Shown in pieces: positions 14,633 to 25,786 of a DNA stretch of 64,000 nt. The notes beneath the pieces were generated by a model. That model saw only the letters and a program-made list of their open reading frames with translations, was not told where the DNA came from and made no database searches. Source of the DNA: Mytilus trossulus (lineage: Eukaryota). The stretch's first letter is position 1; every line of letters starts with the position of its first letter. A program made the translations under genes and the position numbers. The DNA lies in NCBI RefSeq assembly GCF_036588685.1, contig NC_086379.1:62992001-63056000 (forward strand), written 5' to 3'.

Positions 14633-15434
14633 TTTTTTCATATTATACATAAGGTTTTTCCCTTAAATGATATACATTTCAACGCTTAATTTTTCGTTCA
14701 TTTTTTTACATAGATAAGGCTATTAGTTTTCCCGTTTGAATTGTTTTACATTGTCTTACAGGGGACTTTTATAGCTGACTATGCGCTATGGGCTTTGCTC
14801 ATTGTTGAAGGCCGTATGGTGACTTTTAGTTGTTAATGTCTGTGTCATTTTGGGTTTTTTTGTGGATAGTTGTCTCATAGGCAATCATATCACATCTTCT
14901 TTTTTATAGACTGATATTGAAGTAATATAGTTGGATGAATTATTCTCTTGAGTCTTTGATATGCCAAACATGTACACTCATCAGTTTTGAATTTGAGTAT
15001 GCAAATATACATTTTTCCAATCTTTTTGTATTGGAAACCAATTGTTCTAATAATGTATAATATCAGTGCTAGTTAAGATACATACAACATATTAATATCG
15101 TGCTGTATTGCATAATTGATCACTTGAAATCAAATGAAGTCACAATATTTAGCTATCACGGAAACCAGATTTCAACTGCATATGTCATTTTGTTTTCCAT
15201 CGATATTATCAGCCTTAATTAGGTTAATAGAACTTCTATATAAAACAGCATGCACAATGTATGTTTGAGTAAATCGTATCAGTATGGATAAGAAAGTATG
15301 TTGAATATGATGTCTAGACACACAAAAAAACTCCAAATTCCCAGTCCAGTAGTCTGCAATTCTGTGTTCACATGAATTAGCATGGATGGTCATAACTTTA
15401 ACTGTTTGTTGAAAAAAAATCTTTCGAAACACTT

Positions 15435-15626
15435 AGAATTTTCTAAGCCAGGAATCTATTACTTTAGCTGTATTTTGGTAAAAACCTTCATGAATTTTAG
15501 GTCCTAGATGCCTTTCAACATAGTTCTTTATTCGGCTTAATTTTTTTTTATTCGAGCGTCATTGTTGTCTTTTGTAGACGAAACGCTCGCCTGGTGTACA
15601 AAATTTTTCTCCTGGTATCTATGATA
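15435..15626 (+). mobile_element. Degenerate retrozyme-like repeat copy
   Basis: GAGCGTCATTGTTGTCTTTTGTAGACGAAACGCTCGCCTGGTGT is a decayed hammerhead; flanks match the family. Confidence 0.65.
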
Positions 15627-15904
15627 AACGCAAAACAACGAAACATCTCTTTTATGATGCACGAAATCACAGAAACGCCTGCAATGCATTAAGTCTACGA
15701 TACGCTCCAAACCTCTGACTGCAAGTTCAAAACAACTTCTCGCACAGTTTAGAGTAGAATGGAGTTTGCTTACGAATTGGAAACTCACGAGTTTTGCTAT
15801 TGGAAGTAAATTCATACAAAGCCCCGAAAGCAGCAATGCATTAAGAATACGCTATAATAGATAAGATCTTAAATTGTATGTAATCTAAAAAAAAATAGAT
15901 TTGA

Positions 15905-16211
15905 AGTGACCACCAGCCCAGTAGTCAACACTTCGGTGTTGACATGAATATCAATAATGTGGTCCTTTTTATAAATTTCCTGTTTACAAAACTTTGAATT
16001 TTTCGAAAACCTAAGGATTTTCTTATCCAAGGCATAGATTACCTTAGCCGTATATGGCAAAACTTTTTGGAATTTTGGGTACTCAATGCTCTTCAACTTT
16101 GTACTTGTTTGGCTTTATAAATATTTTGATATGAGCGTCACTGATGAGTCTTATGTAGACGAAACGCGCGTCTGGCGTACTAAATTATAATCCTGGTACC
16201 TTTGATAACTA
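15905..16211 (+). mobile_element. Hammerhead-containing retrozyme-like repeat monomer
   Basis: ~300 bp non-coding unit with a cUUCGg hairpin (15924-15943) and the intact hammerhead. Homologous copies at ~583-840, ~15435-15625, ~17070-17300 and 22316-22920. Confidence 0.8.
16135..16178 (+). ncRNA. Type I hammerhead ribozyme, core intact
   Basis: Stem I GCGUCA/UGGCGU, CUGAUGA (16141-16147), stem II GUCU-uaugu-AGAC, GAAA (16161-16164), palindromic stem III CGCGCG, GUC cleavage triplet ending at 16172. Confidence 0.88.
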
Positions 16212-17069
16212 TTGTCCTTATTAAAGTTCGAAACTCAAAATAACATATAAAAAAAACAGAGGATAAATATGAAAACTGTTTTGCATTTTGCATTTTTCTT
16301 TATTATGCGCCTCAGCAGGAACTTCCTATTCTAACTTGATTTAATTTAAAGGTAGGTTAAAATTTAGTTGGTATAGACTGTCTCTAGTCTCAGGTTTTGT
16401 TAAAATGCAATATATCAATCTTGATTAATAATTTGATCTTGTATTTTATGTATATGTATGCAGTCTGAATTACAGAAGTATATTACATTATAGTACTGAA
16501 TGTAATTCACTGATAAACTATTATTATCAATGTACACTGTCTATATCTTCCAGCGTTTCTTTTGATTACTGGCACATTCTCTTGTTCTGCATGAATCGAA
16601 ACCAAATATGGATCGCAAAATTCTATATTGGCATCAAGAGTGAAACAGCGTTAAAGTCTTCTAGTTTAATAGGATAACATAACGCCTTCCAGTTTATGTT
16701 GGAATAGAAGTTTGAATAATTAGATTTCATAATACTGAGTGCAAATAGTAACTGTTTCTATTCAAAGTTCTAAATGAATTATAAGATTACGTTTCTGTTA
16801 TAGTTACAATTTAATTGTCAGTTTTCAATGAAAAAGAATTTAATGTACTGAATTTACAAGATTGTTTTCCCAACCCTATTGATTAGATTCAGTATATTTG
16901 AACCATTAGAAACAGCTGTTCTTTAGCACCATGAATTGTTTAACTGAATTGCCATAAAGATGATCAGATCTGAGAAACTAGAACTCTGACATATCTGTTT
17001 AACTAGACTATTATGACTTAGCTTTAAAAACGTTGTTTTGTATTCTTCCCCTCTGAAATTGAATCTTTT

Positions 17070-17300
17070 GTAATATTGTGGTCATTTTAAAAAATTTCCT
17101 GTTTACAAAACTATGAATTTTTCGAAAAACTAAGGATTTTCTTATCCCAGGCATTGATTACTTTTTGGAATTTTGAATCCTCAATGCTCATCAACTTTGT
17201 ACCTGTTTGGCTTTATAACTATTTTAATATGAACGTCATTGATGATTCTTCTGTAGACGCGTCTGACGTACTAAATTATAATCCTGGTACCTTTGATAAC
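17070..17300 (+). mobile_element. Degenerate retrozyme-like repeat copy with internal deletions
   Basis: Matches 15955-16210; GAAAC of the core is deleted. Confidence 0.75.
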
Positions 17301-17319
17301 AATTGTTCTTGTTTTATTG

Positions 17320-20300
17320 TTAATCTCATGTGCCTTTTTATGGACAAATTAATTTGAAATAATGTTTTCATACTTCTATTTGTCCACTTGACTTTTAAGT
17401 TGACATTAAGACACATATCTGTCAAAATGTAAAACAAGCACTATAACCTCTTCATAGACACTGAAATGTTGAAATGTTGTTGAAGACAGTACTGTTTAAG
17501 ACCAATGCAAAAAAAAGACTTATGATTGTGGAAAGGCTACTTTGGTGAATATTTTTTTGCTTTTTTGCTTGTTTGATGATACCAGAAAACACAATGCATC
17601 AAACGTTTTCTTATGGTATACCAAGAATGCATTTTTGTTGGACAAAAGATTAACATGCAACCAAGGAAGTGCGGATACAGGATATTTTCAAAAAATATAC
17701 ACCACTTTTTTCTCAAACACAATATGTTGGCCTATATAACCAGGCTTATGGGCTCTGGTTATAATGCCCCCCAAAAAATCTACATAAACTTATTTGCACA
17801 GGTAAGTTAATTTTATTAATCATTTAATCTGTAAAGGGCAATAACTTTTTTTCCAAGAACAAAACTGAATAATCATGCTATTGATACCAAAATAACTGAG
17901 TACAATATTTTCTATCTGATAAAATACATAAGTTTAATTTGAATATCATTAAATGTTGAGTATATAATTTTGTGAAAATGAATGATTATACATGTCATAT
18001 AAGTTATCAAATAAATTGTGGAGTTAAAATTGACTCCTTTGATGGTAAAAAAATATCTGTAGTAACATATTTTGATAAATGAAATTATGTATTCGACAAA
18101 TGTAGCATTGTATGTACTGTAGTGAATTATGTTCAGGGGTTTCATATTTCTTTAAAACTTTACAGAATAAAGTGGCGTTGGATGCCAATTGATCAAATGA
18201 ACTTTCAAGGTAAGTTAAAAATGGAACAGGTATATTTGACACGGAATGGTATTTCTATTTATCCATTCATTGTGGTTTTGGTACGGAAAAGCAAAATTTA
18301 AAATTCCACAGAATTACACGCTGTGTCACTATTTTATTCAATACGGTATTCATCCACCCTCGACAGTTCAATTTTAGACATTTAAAACGCTCGGCAAGCC
18401 TCGAGTTTGAAATTTGAAAATTATTCTGTCTAGAGTTGATAAAACATGTATCACTCTCGATGCAGTGGTAGAATGTATAAATAAATTTATATGACGAAAC
18501 ATTCTTTTTGTAGAATTTAATTTCCAAGAAAAACCACAAATCAGAAAATTTATAATTAAAATTAAAACAAATACAGTAAGTCTGATTTATATATAGTGAA
18601 AGGTGCTATAGGAGGGAAAATTTAAGCAGGACTAGAAAAAAGAGACATGTTTTGAAAAGATTCATTGTTTCAAGAAATTATTAAGAGGCTGTCCAAGTAT
18701 ATATCAGGCAAATCCCATTCACTGCCTGGTTTTTCCATGGACACCCTCTTAATGATAAATGAATGTGTTGTAGCACAATATCAACAATCTAAGTTTCAAC
18801 GGCACCAAGTTTTAAGAACCTTACCTTTGTCCAGAACGGTTAATTTTGTCGGCTTTTTTCTCAATTCGTCTTCAAACTAATGATAAAATTCCCATTTATG
18901 TCTTCCTTGAAGCGAAATCGTTTGGTCAATCGTTTGGTACTAAGAAATCAATTATATAATATTGTACCAATTACATCAAACGGTAACGCAAATAATTTTT
19001 GCCGCCAGAAATCAATTTCAAGAAAGTTACGAGTTTGTTTTGCCCCAGGTAATGTATAGATCTATAATTGAAAACTGATTACTAGTCTCTAATGGGGACC
19101 TCGAGTTGTCTATTTGGAAATCATACCACGTCTTCTTTTTTTTCATATTATACATATGTTTTTTTTCCATTTATGATACACATTTCAAGGTTAAATTGTT
19201 TAAACTGTTATTGGATCATCGCGAGATGGTTTACCGTTATGGAATTACCGTTTTACCGATGATATCGGATATGTTCCTTATGTCGAAACTATAATACCCT
19301 TCCCATTTTACGAATGTGAACTACCGAATTAAGACTATTTACCGGATGTGTAGTAACATGTGGAGCAGGATCTGCTTACCCTTTTGGAGCACCTGAGATC
19401 ACCCCAAGTTTTCGGTGAGGTTCGTCTTACTCAGTCTTTAGTTTTCTATGTTGTGACTTCTGTACTATTATTTGTCTGTTTGTCTTTTTATATTTAGCCA
19501 TGGCGTTGTTAGTTTATTTTTAATCTATGAGTTTGACTCTCCCTTTGGTATCTTTCGTCCCTCTTTTATTGAAATAATCAAGTTTTCTGCGTTTTTATCT
19601 TGCTTCTTTGCTATGCTTAGCATATAAAATCATCTGTATTGAATTTGTGTAAATTCATATTTTTGTAATATTTTTGATTGGAAAACTATTAATGGTTCTA
19701 ATAATGTAACTTATATGTACTAGTTAAAATACATTCAATAATTAATACCATGTGTTATCGCATAACTGATATCACTTGTAATTAACGAAAATCACAATAT
19801 ATCGCTTTCACGGAAACCAGATTTCAACTCCATATGCTAGTTTTTTTTACAACCGATGTTATCAGCTTCAATTAGGTTAATACAACGTTCATATAACATG
19901 CAACATATATTTTCCAGTAGATAATAATAGAATTGATACAAAAGCTACATGGAATATAAATTTAATACACGAAACCCCTCCAAATTCCTTTACCCAAAGC
20001 AACCTATAATAACGCTGTTATGTATCTCGAAATCACAGCTAAACTATCAATACATACTCAGCAAAAGTTCAAACCTATGACTGGAAGTTTAAGACAATCT
20101 CTCGAACGGTTATACGCAGAAAAGGATTGCTCACAAAATGGGTACCAGTACTCATGAATTTTGCTAAAGGGCGAGATTCCAGAAAATCTATCATTCCGTG
20201 TCTTTTTATGCAGTCTGGTTAACAGAAGTATATTACATTGTGGTACTTAATTTAGTTCACTGATAAACTATTATTATCAATGTACACTGTCTCTTTCTTG

Positions 20301-20720
20301 CAGCAATTATTTTGATTACTCATTACACTAACAGGGTTTCAATTGTTCAACATGAATGGAAACCAAATATGAATCGAACAATTCTATATTGGCATTAAAG
20401 ACTTCTAGTTTAAAGATAACATAACGCCTTTCAGTTTTTGTTAAGATTAGAAGTTTGAATAATACGAGGTCAGTATACTAAGTGCAAATAGTAAATGCTC
20501 CTATTCAATTAAATCAGTAAATGAATTATAAGATTTCGTTTGGTGTTTTTAATAGTTACAATTTATCAGCTCTAAATGAAACAGATGGACTTTTCAAAAA
20601 GATAAACAGATCTGACAAACCACGGCTCTTTTTTACTCTATTCAAATAGACATGACTTAACTTTAAAACTTATTTTAGCAGTCTGTCCTTCTGCAATTGA
20701 ATCTTTTGTAGTTGCTTTAT
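17320..20720 (-). pseudogene. Near full-length decayed TLR-like gene (copy V)
   Basis: ~2.9 kb once one insertion is removed. LRR-like LGQNKL (~19030-19050), LRLLILCYN (18767-18799) and HNSLQYI (~18110-18130), then a hydrophobic stretch (~17750-17810) and a weak TIR-like tail. Confidence 0.55.
19210..19567 (+). mobile_element. 3' fragment of the same Penelope-like family
   Basis: Reverse complement of ~23540-23900 (CCGTTATGG...GATATCGGATATGTTCCTTA...GGTATCTTTCGTCCCTCTTT). Confidence 0.8.
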
Positions 20721-20739
20721 TGTTTATCTCGAAGCTGTT

Positions 20740-21350
20740 ACTTCTTTGCCTTTAAGAAATGCGGTAACCGCCCTTGAACGATGCTGCATTTACCCTCCTC
20801 GACTTCAGTCCTGCTGATTTCAACCGGTTCCTCAATGTTCTGGTTGATAGCTGTATATGTGGTAATCATTATCTTTTAAGAACATGACTTATTGCGAATG
20901 GCATTCGTCTAACCAGTCGTTGCAGTGCCTTAGTCTTCACACCGAGATGTCACCAGTGGTCAACCGGATCTTGGCAAGGGTTTCATGTTATTGGTAAGGA
21001 TGTGTTTCTAAACAAGTCTGCTGACTACAATATAATGGCAGCCCATCTTATGTCCAATAGATTTAAAAAAATAACCCTGATGACCGCGTGTCAATAATCT
21101 GCAATCTTTGAGTCTCCGATATTCGTCTTCATATCATGTTTACTTACGGAGTATGAATAAAAATTTTAAATCACCGGACCTAAATACTCAAATTTGAAGC
21201 GGTGGTAAACTACATATGATAATTTGCATGGGAGGCATGGTTTATGTGCATGATACGTCGATATCTTCATGAACGGTCAAACTTGTATGGTCACATCTCT
21301 TTAAAGGAACATTAGTCTGGTTAAAATCAATATTTAAATTCAAACTAATT
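20740..21350 (-). mobile_element. Tc1-family transposase remnant (N-terminal HTH region)
   Basis: Frameshifted translation VVSRLV*KH..LPRSG*PLVTS..ED..LQRLVRRMPF..LSTRTLRNRLKSAGLKSRR. Confidence 0.8.
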
Positions 21351-21384
21351 TTTACCAACTATAATGTATTAAATCAGGGGGTGC

Positions 21385-22260
21385 TGAAATGTTTTCTATG
21401 TATATATTTGTCAATTTGACTATCAAGTTAACATTAGACACTTGTCTGTGGAAATGAAAAACCAGACAATGACTATAATTACTTAATTAAGACACTCATA
21501 TGGCCAAGTGGTATATAAGACAATATCGTTTAATATGAATGCAAAAAACACAAGGAGACTGTTGTAAGACTTTATGGGTATATAACATTTGATTTTTGTT
21601 TGTTTGGTGGTTCAAGAAAATACATGTGTATTAAACCTTTCCTTGTGTTCAAGAAGTGATATGGTATACCAGGAATGCATGTTTGGTTTTACAAAAGATT
21701 TACATGAAACCAAGGATATGTGGATATAAGATATTTTCAAAAATAAACCAACTTTTTCAAAACACAACATGTTAGACTATACAACCAAATTTATGGGCGC
21801 TGGTTATAATGGCCTAAAAAATACATATAAAGCTTTGCACAAGAAAGCTAATACAATAAATCAGATGTATGTAAAGGGCAATAACTCAGATTTCCAAGGA
21901 CAAAACCGAATAATTATGCTGTTGATACAGGAAAATATTTACTATCTGATAAAATAAATAAGCTTAATTTGCATATCATTATATGTTGAGTACATAATTC
22001 AGTGAAAAATAAATGCTTATACAAAATGCAAGTACTTCTCAAATAAATTGTGGACAGAAAATTGACTCTTCATATGAAAGTACAAAAAAAAGTAATCAAA
22101 TATTTGCATTTGACAAATGAAACAATGTATTGTTAATCTTGAAAGTGCAAATATCTTTATGTACTGTTCACAGGTTTCATCTTTTTTAACTTGACACAGA
22201 CAACAGACATTTGATTCCAATAGATTAAATGCACCTTTTGGCCAAGGTTAGCTAAACGAG
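21385..22260 (-). pseudogene. Decayed TLR-like 3' part (copy VI), paralogous to 17350-18210
   Basis: Collinear nucleotide similarity to 17350-18210 (e.g. ATGGTATACCA(A/G)GAATGCAT, GTAAAGGGCAATAACT, CTATCTGATAAAATA). Confidence 0.5.
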
Positions 22261-22315
22261 AATATGTCTCATGGAGAATCCCAACATATCTTTTATAAGG
22301 AAACAAGAATGTGTC

Positions 22316-22920
22316 AGGCATAGATTATCTTAGCTGTATTTTGCAAAACTTTTAGGAATTTTGGTCCTCAATGCTCTTCAACTTCGTACTTTATTTGGCC
22401 TTTTTAACTTTTTTTGGATTAGAACGTCACTGATGAGTCTTTTGTAGACTAAACGCGCGTCTGGCGTATATCTAAATTGTATCCTGGTATCTATGATGAG
22501 TTTATTTACAACCACTGGGTCGATATTTATTTTCCCGAGGGTATCACAAGCCCAGTAGTCAGCACTTTTGTTCTGACATGAATTGTCATTGATATGGTTA
22601 TATTTATAAATTTACTTATTTTAAGGCTTTTCTACCTCGGGCATAGGTTACCTTACCTGTATTTGGCAAAACTTTTAGGAATTATTGTCCTCAAAGCTCT
22701 CCAACTTCGTTCTTTATTTGGCCTTGTTAACTTTTATTGGATTCGAGCGTCACTGATGATATAAAAAAGATGTGGTATGATTGCCAATGAGACAACTATC
22801 CACAAAAGACCAAAATGACACAGCCATTAACAACTATAGGTCACCCTGAGTCTTTTGTAGACGAAACACCTCTGGTGTATACTTTAAATTTGGTCCTGGT
22901 ATCTATGATGAGTTTATATA
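22316..22920 (+). mobile_element. Tandem dimer of retrozyme-like repeat with two disabled hammerheads
   Basis: CTGATGA at 22430 and 22753 (323 nt apart). The first has GAAA changed to TAAA; the second is split by an ~87 bp insertion. Confidence 0.8.
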
Positions 22921-23249
22921 GTACATGGATGCCCCACTTCCACTATCTTATTTTATGTTCAGTGAACCGTGAAATGGGGAGTCAAAAACTCAAAATTTGC
23001 ATTAAAATTGGAAAGATCATATCACAGGGAACATGTGTATTACGTTTCAAGTTTATTAGACTTCAACTTTATCAAAAACTACCTTGACCAACACCTTTTA
23101 CCTGAAGCAGACAGACGAACACACAAACAGACCAAAAAGCATAATGCCCTTAAGTGGGGAATAAAAAAGGAAATGGACATATGCTAAAGAATCCCCAATA
23201 ACAAATCGGTTAATAGATATGGTGTGTCCAGCTATTAATTTAAAGCTTT

Positions 23250-25480
23250 TCGTCCAATGCATTATCATCATGTTCATATAAAACTGTGAGCTATTGCTAT
23301 TTATTGAGGTTTACAATATATAAAATTTATGTATTCACAATACACATCATACTTTTACATACCATAATTGAGGACAATCACTATCTAGTACTTAAAAACT
23401 GATATGCACAAATAATCATGAAACATCATACCAAACACCAATGGCATTTCATAAATTTATACACACTCTAAGAAATTATACTTTTGACACTGTAAACAAT
23501 TTCAATGATATTGAGTTTTGGGGATTTTGTGCTGCATTCAAAAGAGGGACGAAAGATACCAAAGGGACAGTCAAACTCATAAATCTAAAACAAACTGACA
23601 ACGCCATGGCTAAAAATGAAAAACAATAGTACACATGACACAACATAGAAAACTAAAGAATAAACAACATGAACCCCACCAAAAACTAGGGGTGATCTCA
23701 GTTGCTTCAGAAGGGTAAGCAGATCCTGCTCCACATGCGGCACCCGTCGTGTTGCTTACGTGAAAACAAATCCTGTAAATAGTCTAATTCGGTAGGTCAC
23801 ATTCATGAAAGGGAAGGGGATTGTAGTTACGACGTAAGGAACATATCCGATATCATTTGTGAAACGGTTATCCCATAACGGTCAACAAACTCGTGATGGC
23901 GTCCGTAAAATTTACGAAGGGATGATTTCAACTTCACCATTTGGAACTCTTGGTTTAATAGCTTCCTTGTGAGCAGTAACCCTCTATCAAGAAAATCATG
24001 ATAGGAAATGCAAGCACGGGAATATCGATCAATTGGGAAATATATACCCCGTATGCAGGTGCTGCTGGAATGTTGCTACTTAGAAATGGAAAGTTCACAA
24101 TTGGAAAGCTGAAATCATCTCTTTTGTCGTAAAGTTTTGTCTTCAACCGACCCTCATTGTCAATTTTTAGATGTAAGTCAAGATATGAAGCCGACTTAAC
24201 TGTATCTGTAGTATTCTTTATCTCCAATTCGATGGGATAGATGAGTTCCACATAGTCACCAAATTTTGAATTGTTTAGTGAAAGAACGTCATCAATATAG
24301 CGGAAAGTAGAGTTAAAGGATATTGCTAACTTCTTATATTTCTTCCTAAGAAGTTCATGCATGAAGTCAGCCTCAAATGAGATCACTGCATGAAAATTGT
24401 TGTATTATGTTAATGAGAAAACTAAGCAAAGGTGTTGAATATGGTGAAATATCCAGAAAAATAACATCCATGACATATCAGATGTCACACAAACACATTT
24501 TGCAGACAGAAATCAGCAGATGGACAAATATTAGTGATGAAACATCCATATCTGCCATAAAACATTGAAAATGGTGGCTCAGTAAGTTGTTCAATCTATA
24601 AAAATGTCATAAGTTGCTTATAGTGTTTTCAAAGGTATATTAAGATAACTTTTTTTTTTAATCAAAGGATCATTTACTGAATGCAGGCTTTTATATGTGT
24701 TTTATTCTAAATATTTGACCTGGCCAGACAGGGGTGTGGATTATATGGTATAATAAGCAAGAAATAAGAGAAAAAAAAAATAGATGTTGCAAGGTTTGAT
24801 TCCATTCTGGCATGTTTGTAAACTTTGTAATTGAAATTGTAGAGGGATCCCTTATCTTTTTCAAAAATAAAATTTACCTAATCAATATATATTAATATGC
24901 AATTTTTATTCAAGTGTTAAATTTCAAGAACTACAAAAGCAATCACTTACTCATTCTTTTTTTGCGTTTCATACTAGCACATGTGCTTTGCTTTAACTTA
25001 AAATCCTTCAAATATTAATGTGAAAGATATTTTAAACATTATTTTATATAAGGATGAAACTATTTTACCTTCGAAGTCATTTAGAGTGATCTATATTAAG
25101 AACTGTCAGTATACTCTCACATTATTTACTTTTATTTACTATTCAAACTTCCCGTAAAAACAAACACAAGTTTCTTAATTGTTTTATTTTGACTTATATA
25201 TAAGATCATTCCAGGAGTGTTTTAGAATCATTCACAACCATTTTCAACTTCTATTTGATGATGGCAAACAGTTTCTTCCATGAAGATTCCCCAATTGAAC
25301 ACATGATTTGAAATTAATCAAGCTTCACAAGACATGTTCAAACAATTACCAAAAGGTCTTTTTCTTGAATTCTTGTGGCAATGTTCTAGTGTGAACTATA
25401 TAAATGAGATTGAGCAATTCCCAAAATCATCATCAAAAGGCTGATCGATCAACTTTCTTTATAAATCATTAAATTGGCCT
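23250..25480 (-). pseudogene. Decayed TLR-like remnant (copy VII) with TIR split by a Penelope-like insertion
   Basis: LxISQNK and RIQEKTF LRR-like pieces (~25180-25385); RYGCFIT...DF (~24500-24560); NIIEIVYSVKSIIS*SVYKFMKCHWC (23435-23512) fits the TIR pattern NIxxxIxxSxKxIxVxSxxFxxSxWC. Confidence 0.5.
23540..24376 (-). mobile_element. 5'-truncated Penelope-like retroelement (RT C-terminal part plus 3' tail)
   Basis: ORF 23955-24386: FRYIDDVL, SYLDL, LYDKRDDFSFPIVNFPFLSSNIP..PAYGVYISQLI. One frameshift, then RYSRAC...KFYGRHH...SDMFLTS* (stop at 23829-23827). Confidence 0.9.
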
Positions 25481-25533
25481 GCTTAGTTCTGCTTTGTAGA
25501 TCATAATCTATTCTATTGGTTTGTATATAAAGA

Positions 25534-25539
25534 TTTATT
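25534..25539 (-). promoter_or_regulatory. Candidate POLD2 polyadenylation signal AATAAA
   Basis: AATAAA on the minus strand ~90 nt after the stop codon; chance occurrence is possible in AT-rich DNA. Confidence 0.45.
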
Positions 25540-25625
25540 TTTCATATTTAGCACTTTTAATAGAGACAAATGTACAAAATTTAATTACATAATATATTTA
25601 ATTCAAAAAAAATGAATGGTCAGAA

Positions 25626-25786
25626 TTATTTATCAACTTCAGGACTTTCAGTTTCCATTGGTTGTGTGAATTGTGAGTTGAACTCCATGGGATGACAATC
25701 TAATGTTTTTAAGTTTACTAATACACATGTAGCTGTTTGACAGAATTTAGGTACACTGACTAATAATATCTCTTGGCTGTTAGGTC
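25626..25786 (-). CDS. POLD2: POLD2 last coding exon ([35 protein letters not shown]...VDK*)
   Basis: AG acceptor at 25787-25788; TAA at 25628-25626. Confidence 0.95.

Larger units (their letters stand above)
12415..17075 (-). pseudogene. Decayed TLR-like ectodomain (copy IV) split by repeat insertions
   Basis: Blocks 16455-17075, 15640-15830, 14920-15350 and 12415-12840 match 20205-20710, 20030-20170, 19620-19990 and 18590-19080 in the same order. LRR motifs: TTFLKLSHNSL (16998-17036), NLEFFCVSRHHI, LRWLILCY, LKNLPPKA. Confidence 0.55.

Noticed and set aside
21400-21957. Long + strand near-open frame as an endogenous viral or other novel gene
   Set aside because: The frame is not preserved in the paralogue at 17350-17900, and the LRR/TIR-like motifs of the cluster are on the opposite strand.
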